A stretch of DNA of 64,000 nucleotides from Cenococcum geophilum (taxonomy: Eukaryota), in contig CP158635.1 in assembly GCA_050273025.1 (NCBI GenBank), forward strand, positions 24,676,001 through 24,740,000. The letters are read 5' to 3'. Both the position numbers and the translations under genes were made by a program. Of this stretch, positions 37,545 through 50,405 are shown in pieces. The stretch's first letter is position 1. Each line of letters opens with the position of its first letter. The notes under the pieces were generated by a model that worked only from the letters and a program-made list of their open reading frames with translations, had not been told where the DNA came from and searched no databases.

Positions 37545-39368
37545 ACGTACCCGACTACTAAGTAGCAAACACCACTATATAGCGAACCCATTAAAATCAC
37601 GACGCGTTCTGTAACTACTATTAAAATAGCTATACCACAACAATAAGAAGCCTTACATAGAAAGGGCAGATTAATTCTAGCTCTCTAGGCCTATAAGCAG
37701 GGCTAAACTAATTCCCTTAACGCCGCCGCGGTGTTATATAATATGTCCGAAACAATAGCCAGGCGATACATTACCGGTATTTAACCAAAACGCGGTTCTT
37801 ACGCGTTAAATCACCTTCTTACACCTGTGTAAGAAGACAGTCTTAAGTAGTAGATCTTATTAATGGATTGACGCGGTATGCCACCTAGGATCGCGACCGT
37901 ACGGCAGATAGCTAGTATTCTAACCGCATAGTGCGCTGGATTAGCTACCCTAGTATTAGTTAGCCTAACTTAGGTACTAAGATTTATTAAGCGCCACGAC
38001 GACCTATAATCTAAATATAATCGCAAGTATAACTATTAGCGTGCTAAATACGAGGATCCTATACTTATTTAAGGCTAGTTTAAACGCGTTTAAGACATAA
38101 AAATATAATATAGGATTCTTAATAAGGACACTTAGAATTTTAATAAGACCGGCTGCTAGATAGGTATTATTATAACTATAAAGGTTATTACTAGAACTAA
38201 TAGGGCTGGTAAACCTAGGATAATATAGCCAGGTAATTAAGAATGGGTTATAATAATTAAAACCATTAATACACGGGGAGACGCAATTTTACCGCTAGTT
38301 ATCTTTAAGGTAGTAATGCACTAAGCTACCTAGTATAAAAACGGGATTATACCACATAACTAGTTAATTAGTGTTAGCGATAATGGCTAAACAATTAACG
38401 AAATTGGCCTAACCTAGCTAATAGAGGTATTCTATAAGCATATAAAGGATCGTACTATTAGCCGCTATTAACTACTAGTCCTTAATAGCCATGGTAGCCA
38501 TATTACCCCTAAATTTAACTAGTTCTATCTAAAGCACCAAATTATTATCCTTTATATGCCCCCCTATTTATTATACCTACTGTAGCCCCTAAATATAGGT
38601 TATTTCTTAATCCTTAAGTAAGCCTACGACCGCCTTATTAAGTAGATAATAAGCTATAGTATTAACCATATTAATAAACGCAAATTCCTGCCTCTATATA
38701 GGCAGGCTAGGCAGATAGTACTATATTAGAATAATATATAGGCAGGATTTGCAGCTACTGGCCTAGTTCTATATAGCCCTAATCGCGTACTAGCACAGCT
38801 ACACACCGAATATTAGACGCTATTACCCTAATATCTACAATTAAATGTATCTTAGGCAGCTAAAATACCTTATAATATTGCTAAACTATAACACCAGACG
38901 GCCCTGCTAAGGCGCTATCTTAAATAGCGTACGTATAGCCTACTGAGTCCAATAGGACAAGCCCTTACTTAGCTTATTAAGGGTTATAAAATGGCAATGT
39001 TAAGCGCTGTCTTGCTTGCAAGCAAAAATGAAAAGCTATATATAGAAAACCAGTACCAGAAAAGGAAGAGGGCAACTAGGCGCAAGTATATAGCTAAGGG
39101 GGGTGTTCTATTAGGAGCAGAAGGGCTATCTCGCGCACGAGCTGCCCAGGAGGCTATGGTAGAGGTAGCGGCCGAGCGACCGCAGCGAGCAGTGCGCAAG
39201 TGCAGTATGTGTCAATCGACAGAACATACAGCACGTACGTGCCCAAGACGTCAGATAAGCAGTAAGTAGATAGCTACAGCAAATACAATTATTCGTGGTT
39301 GAGGAATTCGCGTTTTTGGTGTCGCGATTTTGATGGGTTCGCCACATGGTGGTATTCGCCACGTACGT
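37545..39368 (+). mobile_element. Fot1/pogo-like Tc1-mariner DNA transposon (1824 bp), TA TSD
   Basis: ACGTAC...GTACGT terminal inverted repeats of about 50 bp, with TA at 37543-37544 and 39369-39370. Confidence 0.93.
37626..39269 (+). pseudogene. Fot1-type DDE transposase; only the last 92 codons (38991-39269) are open
   Basis: De-RIP WNFDETG (~38133), LVLDGHGSH (~38475) and LQPLDVG (~38580). Intact C-terminal CSMCQSTEHTARTC knuckle. Confidence 0.9.
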
Positions 39369-39919
39369 TAGGCTATTAAATCTTCTAAAATTATAATTAA
39401 TAGATATAGGTGCCTCTTTTATTTATAAGGTAATTCTATTTATTTAACTACTACTAGTAAGATATAGTTCCTTATTATTCTACTATCTATTAGTGCTTTA
39501 AACTATTAATCTTACTAATTAACTTATTAATTTAAGTACCGTCCTTAAATTCTTTTAAGGATCTAAGGCTCTACTATTAGCTCCCTTTAGTTTTATAGGC
39601 CTCTACTTTCCCTAACTATTAGCTACTTAATCCTATTATATATAGCTCGCTCTTTAGCTAATACCTAGTTTACTTTTTATCCCTAATATATTATAAATAT
39701 ATATTCTCTAGGTATTCCTACTACTATTATCCGTTTAAATATTTTTCTATAAGAAATCTTCTTAATTAAAGTATTAAGTCTCCTAACCCTTAAACTTCTA
39801 TTAGATACTATCTGTATATATACTTAGTATTTCTATATTATTATTTATTTAGCGCCTAATATATCCTTATAGGGTACTTCTAATTTTTTTTCTTTTAGGT
39901 TTTTATGTATATTGTATAT

Positions 39920-42900
39920 TGTTGGTTACACAAGGGGATATTACGTAGCTACGGTTCGTAGATAGTATAATAATTGTTCTTGATTGTATATCGATCAGGG
40001 GGGGAGACGAGGAGCTTAAGGCTCCTCGCTACACTAGTGCCGCGGCGACACGTGACGGCAACTTGCCGCATGTAATGGCAACTTGCCTATATTCCCAACA
40101 CTAGCAACTCTTCTTTTGCGGTTACTATCTATATATATATACCGCTCGACTAGCGTAATAAATATTAATCCTCCTTACTTACTATTGCAATTGTAATATA
40201 AGTCTCGCTGTCCTAAAAGTTTGCCTCTTAGCACGTGGTGCTTTCTTACTTAGGAGTTGTAGGTAGATATCTTATTTGGAGGGCCGCTAAGGCGCTAGTA
40301 GTAAGCGAGCTAATAGCAATTTTCCATCCCGGGGATGGAAAATCCTAATTGGCTAGGTTAAGTTAGGGTCTGCAGAATCTAACTAATTAGATAACTTTGA
40401 CCGCCGGTTAAAGTTCCTAGATATCTTAAGACCTTACGTAACTAAGAAATTTCTAGGGACTCCCTTTTAACCTAACCTTTAACTTATATATATAGAGTAT
40501 TTGTATTAATAAACGTCTCTAGTGCCTTGTTTAGGTTCGCCTTCGTTATTATATCTACTAGGTTATCTTAGCCATTAATCTATTAAATCTTAAAGAGTTT
40601 TTAACGCTTATAGGATTGCTAAAGTACTATAATATTGATTATAAGGCGCTTCTCCTTTATAGTACTAAGCTTAACTAAATACTTATAGAGGGAATATAAG
40701 TTGGTGCATATAATTGTAGGGATAATAGAAAGTTCGAGTTAATCTATAATTATCTTTAGGGTAGTTCTAATTGCAATTACTATATTAACTTCGCTAACTA
40801 TTCTATATATCTCTAACGCTAGGACGCTTTAAGTAATATACTTACTTTTAGTTAAGCTTTAATAGATAAGGTTACCGTAGATTATAAAGTTATTCTCTCT
40901 AGTAAATTTATTTGTGATAATAATCTTATATCCTAACTAGAAGCTAAAATCTTTATTATTTATAAACGATCTATTAATAAATACAAAGAGCTTAGTAGTG
41001 GGAAGATTAATAGGCATATAGAGTAGTCCCCGATTAAGATGGTTTATTTACTAAAAAAGACGCTTATTTAGGGCAAGAACGTTGTCCTTAGTAGGTTCCT
41101 AGTATTAAGCGGTAATAGAGAGATTGAATAAAGCCTTAGGTTAATAGATAGAAGTAATATAAGCTTCGTAAGTACGTTACTCCACATATCCTTGCTTTAG
41201 AGAATTAATGTTAATAATATTAATCTTCTTACCTTAACCCTTCTGGCGTAAAGTAATGGAATCCTTGTTTAGGGAGAGGATATATCCATTAAAGAGTAAT
41301 AGTATTGTTAAATTAAGCTTTTCTTTTAGCTTTACTATAAGATTTGCCTTTACTAGCTTATCTTCTTTAAGAGCTAAGAATTAGTCGTCTCTTAAGATAA
41401 TTATATTATTAGTTTATATGCCGACAATTCCGAATAGAGTTCCTGTGGTTATAATAAGGAAGTAGGGATTAAATATAGAAGTAGTTATTAAAAGCTTCTC
41501 TTTATGGTGCTTACTATAGGTAGCCTACTAATGAGTTCCTGCCTCTGCAATTCCGTATAATGGCTTAAGTATAACCATAATTATATCTTCGGGATATTAG
41601 TGGCGAATTTACTCTAGAAGGTATGCTAATATTAAGTGCTAAAGGTGTATCTCTAATTAGGTGTAGGCCTAGGTAATATCTTATAAATAGACCGCCATTC
41701 TATTCTTTATTAAGGAGGAAGCTAATATAACAATAACTTATTAACTAGCTCGTTAAATTATAGGAGATTGCGTAAGGATTATCTCCTTACTATTATTATT
41801 ATAACCTTAGATAATAAGCCTTAATTTCTTAAATAGGGCGTTAGTAGCCTTGCCCTTAATCTTATTAACTATTCTTAACTTAAAGATGCGAACTTTATTA
41901 AACTTAGTAGGGTTATACTTCTTAAATTTAAAGACTCCTCTTGCGATAAGACCGTTGATCTCCTACTTATTAGATGCTTGGAAAGGAGCTCCTGGGGTTA
42001 TAATACAACCTTCCTTTTAGAGCTGTTTTGCGAGCTTAAAGTTAGTCTTCTCTTTAGCTGTTATAAAGGCCATTAATAACTTAACTCTATTCTTAATAGC
42101 GGCAACAAATTATTCTTTAAAATTAATAAAATATTGGTAATTTTGTGATCCCTTTAGGCGACCTCTACCGCGTCGTGGTTATGGCGCATCTACTACAATT
42201 ATATTGGGATTGTAGTCGCCTTCTAGAGTATATTAATTATGGTTTTCTTTTAGAGTATCTTCTAGGGCATCCTATAAAGGCTTAGAATTGTTATCTTTAT
42301 AATAAGGCTTAATAACAGTTAAATAGAATTAAGTGGGTCTATAAGGCATCTAAATAGTATAAGTTTAACTATTAATTATAATAAGTTAATATAGGCCTAA
42401 CTATCCTCCCTTTTTACGCTATACGCGTATCTTAGACTGGAGTGGCAGATTAATTATAGTTAAGGTGTTTAGGCTATTTCTTATTCCTAGTACGTTATTA
42501 ACCTGGCGTATAGCATAGAGGCATTATACCTCCTTTATTACCTTATAAATCGCCTTAGCTCGTTATATAACGGAGGGAGATAGTAGAGAATTATTAGTTA
42601 TTTGTAGGTAGGCGCTAAAGACTAGTAATATAGGTATAAGTCTATCTAGGCTAGCGGAATTATTAATAGCTTTAATAGCTATTTGCAAGGTAAGTTCTTT
42701 GCTAATATCCTTTAGTTCTAAAGAGACAATTATATATACATGGCGTAATGGCGCGTAATATTACTCTACTTTTTTAATACTATTATATGCCTTAATAGGG
42801 ACTTCCTTAACCTCAATTGCCATTACCTTTATTTGTTGTCGGAACTCTATAGATAAAAAGTTCTTTCCTATATTATAGACGATTTAATTAGGGGGTCCTA

Positions 42901-45885
42901 GGTAGATATTAATCTAGTATAACTAAAGGGTATCCTATGCATTCCTAGCTAACATATCCTTTAAGAATTGTGCGGCTTAGAAGGAGGTTAAGAAGTCGAC
43001 AATTTAGAGTACTGGCTTGCCGCTAAGGTATATAACGTTAATAATAATATAGAAGTTAAAGTTATAGTTATCTTTAAGAGTAAACTTAAATTGGCTAGGG
43101 GACCTCTAGTTTATTTGGTAGTAGTAGTAGTATTTTATAAGATGCTTAATTGCCTTAACCTTAACTTTATAGCCTGCTTGTTAAAGAACCCTAAGTAATT
43201 GGTAAACTAATAGGTAACTAAAACAACGGTGTAGTTGGCGTAACTCTAACTTAGTTAAATGGCTCTAAGCAACACTCTTTTCTGGTTATTAAAGGAGTAG
43301 CTAAGGGTAACCCTACTTACGTATAATAGGCACCTGATTATCTCCCTGCACGAGTATATTCTTAAGGTTATTAAGCTTAACGCCTAGTTTATCTATATCT
43401 CTAATATAAAATAGAAACAGGGTATTTATAGGAATAACGTAAAAAGTAATATACCCTAAGGGGGTTTAAACCCTAATTATGCTAAGGGAGATCGCAGTAC
43501 CCTTGCTAAAATAAATCGTGTATTGGCCTGCCGTTAAATAGTTAATCTAAATAGAGCTATTAAGCTGCTAAAGGGCTTAAACTTGAGGTTCTCCTGCTGT
43601 AGATACTCCTGCGGCTCTGGTATCTGGCATAATACTATGGAAGACGTTCGCCGAGTATTTATTGTTGAAGGAAAACGCGGAGCTCTCCTTTAGCTTATTA
43701 AAGATATCTAACTTCGTAATAGAATGGAGCGTAAATTAGTTATTAAGAACAGCAATAGTTTGTGTGCTATTTACCTTACTATACTTAGTAAAGTATTGGT
43801 TAGGTAAGTAGTTCTTAATTTCTATATCTATAAGAAGCTGTTCGGTCTTATTAACTTTACCCTTAAGATCTTCTATACCTTTATATTGAACTAGGAAGCT
43901 TTAGAAGTAGGCCATAATAACCTCGCGATTTTTAACATTTCTTATACTCTGACGGAACTTATTATATACCTCCTTTCGCTTATTAAGGGAGTGTCTAGTT
44001 AACTAGCAATTTGGCTTCTTATAAATGTAGCACTTTTTCTAGCGATTATTTTAAAGTAAACCTCTATAAGGACCTCTATAATTACCTTATAGTTAACGTT
44101 AATCGTACCTTTTTCCGTATTCCCTACTACGGCTACTATATATTCGATTAGTCTAGTTATAATTATGTTAGTTAGGAATACTTAGTTAGGTAGGGTTTTT
44201 AATATAGAACTATTAAGATTCTTATATTCGCATTATAGTACCTATAGCAGAGTGTAGCTTAGTATATACTCCTTTAAACGTATTTATAGGTTTATATAGC
44301 GCCAAGTTACACTTAGGAACGCTATAGCATACTAAGATAACCTAATCCCTTAGGCTATTTTTGTTTTAGTAAGTTTTGGTAAGGCCACGTTAGATTTTCT
44401 AGAGTTTATTAAAGAGTAGTTAAAGGCACTCTAAATAAGTCTTTATTAGGTTAGAAGTAATAACTCTTTAAAATATAGTTTCCTGCCATTCGGATATATA
44501 AAGCTAGCGATTTTTATTAGTTTTAAAGTAGGTTCTAGTAAGCTAAAGCATTATATTAAAGCTATAGTTTTTACCCGTAATATAGTCGTAATAGAATGTT
44601 ACTGCCTGTCCCTTTAATATAATGGAGAAAGCGTAGTAGTACTAGTGGCGTTAAATTCTAACCTTATTATAACAGTTATAGAAGACCTATAGTTTTGCTC
44701 CAAGTATATTGTATAGTTCTCCTCTAAACTTCTTCTCTTCGTCTAAATATACCTTTATTAGATTTGTGACTTCTTATAGTAAAGGCTTACCGGTTAGCTG
44801 GAGTGGAGGAGGTAGAGGCGGAGTAACTCTAAGTAGGAGAGCACCTCTAGGTGGGAGAGTAGCTTTAGGTAGGGGGTTAGCGTTCTAGGGGTTTTAATAT
44901 AAATTAAAGTTGCCTTCTAAAGAATATAGGTTGTTTTTAGGTTTCCGTAGTTAACGTATAATCTTAGCTTCTGTCTATATTAGTTCTTTTATACTAGTAA
45001 TAACGGCCTAAATATTACTAGCAATTGGGTTACCGTTCTTAGTAATGTATACCCCATTCCTATGGAGGAAGTCTTAAAAATCCTAAATAATATTAACGTT
45101 ACTAAGTGCCTAGGTATCAGCAGTCCATCCTATAAAATCCTCCCTAAAATACTCCTATAGTTATAAATTGGCGTAGTATCTATTTTGGTAGAATATAATA
45201 TAGTGTAGGAGAAAGCCGTTAACTTGTTTTACGGTATAAGTTGTTATATTAAAGGCGAATTCGTCCTAATCTTTATCGATAAGTTTCGCGTGCTTAGCTA
45301 CCCCTAGTAGTAAGAAGTCTTTCTAGTTATTTAAAGTAGGCGTAGCTATATTTTTGGAGGGAGGGAAGTATTATTAATATAGGGATTGTCATTTAGTACG
45401 CGTTTGTGACGTATATTTATGGTTATAAGGCTTAGGACCAGTTTTGGCCTTAAATCGCGAAGACTTGTAAAGCGTGTTGTTTTACGTAATGGACGCAAGA
45501 ATCTGTAATCTTAAGAAGGCTCAGGACTAGTTCTGGCCTTTAGATCCTTAGATTCGTAGAAGAGTTCTATTTAAGGTTTAGGACCAGTTCTAACCTTAAA
45601 AGACAGCTTCCTCTAGCACGAGTAGCACTAGTATAGTGGCTCGTCTCTTCTTAGTAATACCTAGCTGTTCTGTGGTATAACTGTAAAGTTAACCACTAAT
45701 TAGTGTTGGTTACATAAGGGGATATCACGTAGCTACGGTTTGTAGATAGTATAATGATTGTTCTTAATTATATATTAATTAGGGGGGGGGGGCGAGGAGC
45801 TTAAGGCTCCTCGCCACACTAGTGCCGCGGCGATACGTGACGGCAACTTGCCGCACGTAATGGCAACTTGCCTATATTCCCAACA
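39920..45885 (-). mobile_element. Copia element 3, a different family (LTRs 39920-40100 and 45704-45885; TSD TATAT)
   Basis: 181/182-bp TGTTGG...CCAACA LTRs, with TATAT at 39915-39919 and 45886-45890. De-RIP RDITQAY, PLYGIAEAGTHWW, GMQTDDT (~41400-41422) and DNPADAMTK. Confidence 0.95.
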
Positions 45886-47914
45886 TATATATTATCTATA
45901 TATATAATCTATATTAATATATAATACGCTAGGTACTTTAGGTTAACTCTTAGATTATTTTTACTTATAAGTTTAAACCTCTATCTAGTTAATCTAAACG
46001 CTAGTTTTTTATTTATAGGTACTATAATTTATTTCTTATTTCTCTAGTCCTTTAATCTTTTTTCTAGATTTCTTAATATTATAATTAACGTTTCTTTAAT
46101 ATAACTTATATATTTCTCCGTAATTACTTAATTTTAAACGACTTTCTTATTTAGCTATATATAAAAATCTTCCTACTTATTATTATATCGCTACCTATAC
46201 TACTTTTAGTATAGCTCTATAAGCGTATACAATCTATCTATAAGAAAATATCTTATTATTACTGTATTATTACAACCTTTAATATAGCTCTCTTTAAATC
46301 TAGTTAGAACCCCTAAGTCCTCTTCTTATTCTAGTTCTTTAAGCTATTTGCTCTTAGCGTACCTACTTTTAGCCTATTAGTAATTTTTTATATAAGTACT
46401 CTAACCCTTAGTCTACCTAGTATTCTTGACCCTTAGTAGTTTCTTTATTCTTACTACGCTTTAATTTAATTCTTAAATCCTTTTTAGTCTTCTCTTAGTT
46501 TACGTCTAGCTGTAGAATCCTCTAGATCTATAAACCTTATAATTTTAGTATTAACTACTTAACCCTAAGGCTGAATACTTTATTTACCTATTATAGAAAA
46601 TTTTCCCTTTATTACGGAAGTCTTATCTTTTTAATCTTTTACTTTAATCTATCCTTATAGATAACTAGCTTATACTTTTATCCTTTCTTTAAAGTCTTAA
46701 GCCTTTTGCCTTTATTAAATGCTAAAGTAGTTTACTATTCTACTTCTCTTATATCTTATAAAGTAATAGATATTATATCTAATAGAGTCTTAATCCCTAT
46801 TACTAATCCGTCCTCTATAATAGATTTAACTTTTACCTCCATTATAATATCTTTAAGGTCTATATACTTTTAGTAAGCTACCTTTATTACCTTATTATTA
46901 CTAAATATTTTACCTATATTAAATTTATCGTCCTTAATATCCGATCTATATAATAGTTTATTAGTTCCTTTAAACTTTAATAATTTTAGCTCTTATAGCT
47001 AATAGCTTATACTATACTTAGCATCTTTATATATTTAGTATGCGTTATTATAATAAAATACAAAACTCTTAATTAAACACTCTTTTATTTCTTATAGTAT
47101 ACTATTATCCCTCTATATATATATATATATATATTGTCTACTAGCCTAGTTCCCTTTACCGTATAGTTACTCTAACTATTTTTATAGTCTTTAGCAAAAT
47201 AACCCTATTTTCTATAATTTATATAAGCTCCTTCTTTAAACTATTTTTCTTATTATAGAGTCCGCCTAAATGTCTTCTACTACTATAATCCCTAGTTTAG
47301 CCTCTACTCCTTAAACTAATAATTACTTAATCCTTTTCTTCTAGGTTTCTATAGTTGTTTACTTCTACACTCTTTAATACTGCTTAAGTCTATTAGCTCC
47401 AGTCCGCTATTTTATAGTTTTTAACTCAGTTAATACGTACTTTATACCTTATATAACTATAGAACTCTATCTTAACCTTTTTAGTCCGTTCTCGTTAATA
47501 AATCCTATTATTAATTTTAATTACTTAATCTATTAGTTCCCTAAATATATCTATATCTTCTATTAGGATAATTACGTCCTAGACTTTTACCTTAAGTCCC
47601 TATTTATACTATGCTATAAGCGTCTTATTGTTCTATTTAACCTATATAGCTAGTATTTAGAACTATATTATATACTTAATTGTTAAGGTTCGTTATATTC
47701 GGTTTTAAAGCTTTTGTTTTACTATAGTTATTACTTCTAAGTCTTTAAATATGTATATTAGTTAGCTTATAAACCTATTCTAGCTTAAAAACATATATTT
47801 AATCTCTAGGTTAATAGTTATATCCCTATATACCTATATCTTAGTAAGGTAAGATTTAAACCACTTAAGTGCTCTTCCTAATAGGAATAATCCCACGTAG
47901 ATTACTTGGTCTAT

Positions 47915-50107
47915 CCTTTAGCACAGTAAGGGCCTTAAAGCAGGTAGTCCGTGCGGAACACTAGAACTAGAAGTACGCGTATAGCCTATATAGATTTAAT
48001 TAATAGATTACCATTAACTATGCCCTTAAAACGTACTTTTAATAATATAGACCTTGTTTTACTAACTTAATATAACGTTTAACCAAATTAGATTATAAAA
48101 GAACCACCTTTAGAGCCCTAGCCACTGCCTAATTTTATACCTCTTAATATACACAAATTTAATAACTATAGTAAGCCCAATCTACCGCCCGGCTTTAACC
48201 TATATAATCCTTTTACCCTACTTAGTTAATTCTTTATAGATAATATTATAGATAAGCTAGTAGAGTGGATAAATATATACGCGGGGCTATATCCTACTAA
48301 GGAAGATAAAGGATACCTGGAATATCTATATAAATGGACGCGAATATATAAGGAAGAATTATACGTATATTTAGCAGTGCTTATTTATATAGAAATTTCT
48401 ACTAAACTATATATTAAGGACTATTAGGGCGATTTAAAATTATATAGTTCTAAGTATATTATATTAGAATATATAGGGCTTTATAGATTCTAGTAACTAA
48501 ATCGCTACTTTTAATATACTATACCTTAGCCTAAAAGCGATCCTATACCCTAAACTATATTTAATAGAGTTGCTAAGCTTACTAAGTACCTCCAGCTTAC
48601 TTATAGAAAGCTTTATAACCCTAATACCCACTTTACAGTTAATAAGATAATTAAACGCTTTACGGGCCGTATATCTAAAATCGTTAATATTCCTACTAAA
48701 CTAATGCTAGAGGGCTTTAAAATATAGGTTCTAGCTAATAAAGGCTACGTTCTTAATTAGCTATAGCACACTAAAGGTAATAAAGGAGGCCCAGTTAATC
48801 TAGACGAGATATTTACTAAAGAGGAGGGCTTTTTAAAGACATAGGTAGTAGTCCTTAATCTGCTTATATAGCGTAATATAGAGTTAAACGAGCCTCTATA
48901 TCTACTAGGAAAACATATTATTTAGCTTAATAATCTATTTACTAGCGTTGAGCTTCTTATACGACTATAAAAGCTTAGTATTAAAGGTATAAGAATAGTT
49001 TAAACGACTAGAACAAAGCGTAAGAAGTAAGGCGATATTAAAGGCAACGTTTTGGCAGTAAGCGTAGGAAGGAAGAAAAAAGTTCCTACTAAGTAAATTA
49101 ACTAAAGACTTATCGACCTTAAATTAACTTATTTAGCTTAATTATAATAGGGTACGCTATATAGAGCAACCTTAAAGGATAGTTAGGTAATGGAGTTTGC
49201 CTAAAAATATGCTAATATAGTACTTTTTATAAGTATAGTTAACAATGGTAAGAAATACAGCTTCTAAAATAAGGCTTAAAATTAAGGATTTTACTAATTA
49301 TATTATACATTACTAGGATAAAGCAGTATTACTATATAACGATAACGTCCTTCTACTACCGCTATTAGAGCTAGATAGATATAAAAGGTCTTTAGTAATA
49401 AGGTTAAAAAGGACCTACTTATTCCTACGTTTATTTTCTACTATAATTACTATATAGGCGGCGTTGATCGGGCTAATTAAAGGCGTGCCTACTATAATAC
49501 TTAAAGGAAGCATATAAAGACCTAGAAGCCTCTCTTTTACTTCCTATTTAATATAGTACTAAGTAACTGCTTTTTACTATTATTTTATATACCTGCTAAT
49601 TTCTAAGTAAGCCATTATAATAGCTATAAGCAATTTAGAAAGGACCTCCGCAATACCCTATTTAAACAATTAATTTAAAATAAAAAATTTTACGCCTAAA
49701 ATCCTCCTAGTTAACGTGCTACTAATAAAATTATCTAATATTTTATATATATAGAGGCTAGAAGGAAAGCTTAAAGAAAGTATATATTACATTATAAGGC
49801 TCTTTTAGAGCTCTTTATAAATATAGTTAAGAAACCTTACAATAAAAAGGACCGGAAGAGACCTTAGAGGGCGCTAAGAACTATATATGGCTATAGTGTA
49901 TGCAAAATACCGTTCTGCAGGTAGGACGAGTGCTAGTTACCTTATATTAAGCGACTTAACTCTAAAGAATAAGCTATATAGCTCTGTTTATATAAGATTT
50001 AGTATATATTACTAGCCTTATATTTTTAATTACGACGATTTAATTGCTTTAATCTAATTAGACGAGCCTTATTAATAAGTAGTAGACGAATTTTACCGTG
50101 CTAAGGG
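47915..50107 (+). mobile_element. piggyBac-like DNA transposon (~2.2 kb)
   Basis: Terminal inverted repeats CCTTTAGCACAGTAA / TTACCGTGCTAAGGG around a piggyBac transposase relic. No TTAA TSD. Confidence 0.88.
48020..49971 (+). pseudogene. piggyBac (DDE_Tnp_1_7-type) transposase with putative intron 49248-49316
   Basis: De-RIP VDEMIERFTGR...IPTKP..EGFKIWVLA (~48638-48736), WLDNLFTS (~48922), YN.HMGGVDRADQ (~49442) and C-terminal CSVCKIPFC...CW. Confidence 0.87.
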
Positions 50108-50405
50108 ATAGGCCTAGAAGGAAATAAGTTTTAGGATAGATTAAAGAGTTAGTTTATAAGCCCTAAATTAACTTTATTTAATAGTAATATACGCTGTTAA
50201 AAGCCACTGTATTAAAGGCGCGGATATAAGGCCTTCCGGTAGAGCTATTATAGTAAAATAGCCTTATATAGTTATCTACCCTAAAGCTAGTTTAGTGTTA
50301 GGCTTAAGGGAGGTATAAAATTGGGCCTAGGACCAGCCAAAAGTTGCTTAATTTACGTCTTATATACACTACTTAAAAGCCTAAGCGTAATAGGATTAAT
50401 ATTAC

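Larger units (their letters stand above)
8957..47914 (-). mobile_element. Gypsy/chromovirus family B, copy 2, split by nested insertions (own sequence 8957-9471, 15771-18595, 31142-31686, 37241-37544, 39369-39919, 45886-47914); 5' end missing
   Basis: Each piece continues the reverse complement of 52250-63648 across the TSDs. 3' LTR 8957-9377 with polypurine tract at ~9378-9392. Confidence 0.92.

Noticed and set aside
38984..39362. Minus-strand ORFs of 71 and 78 aa
   Set aside because: Shadows of the un-RIPed 3' end of the Fot1 transposase.
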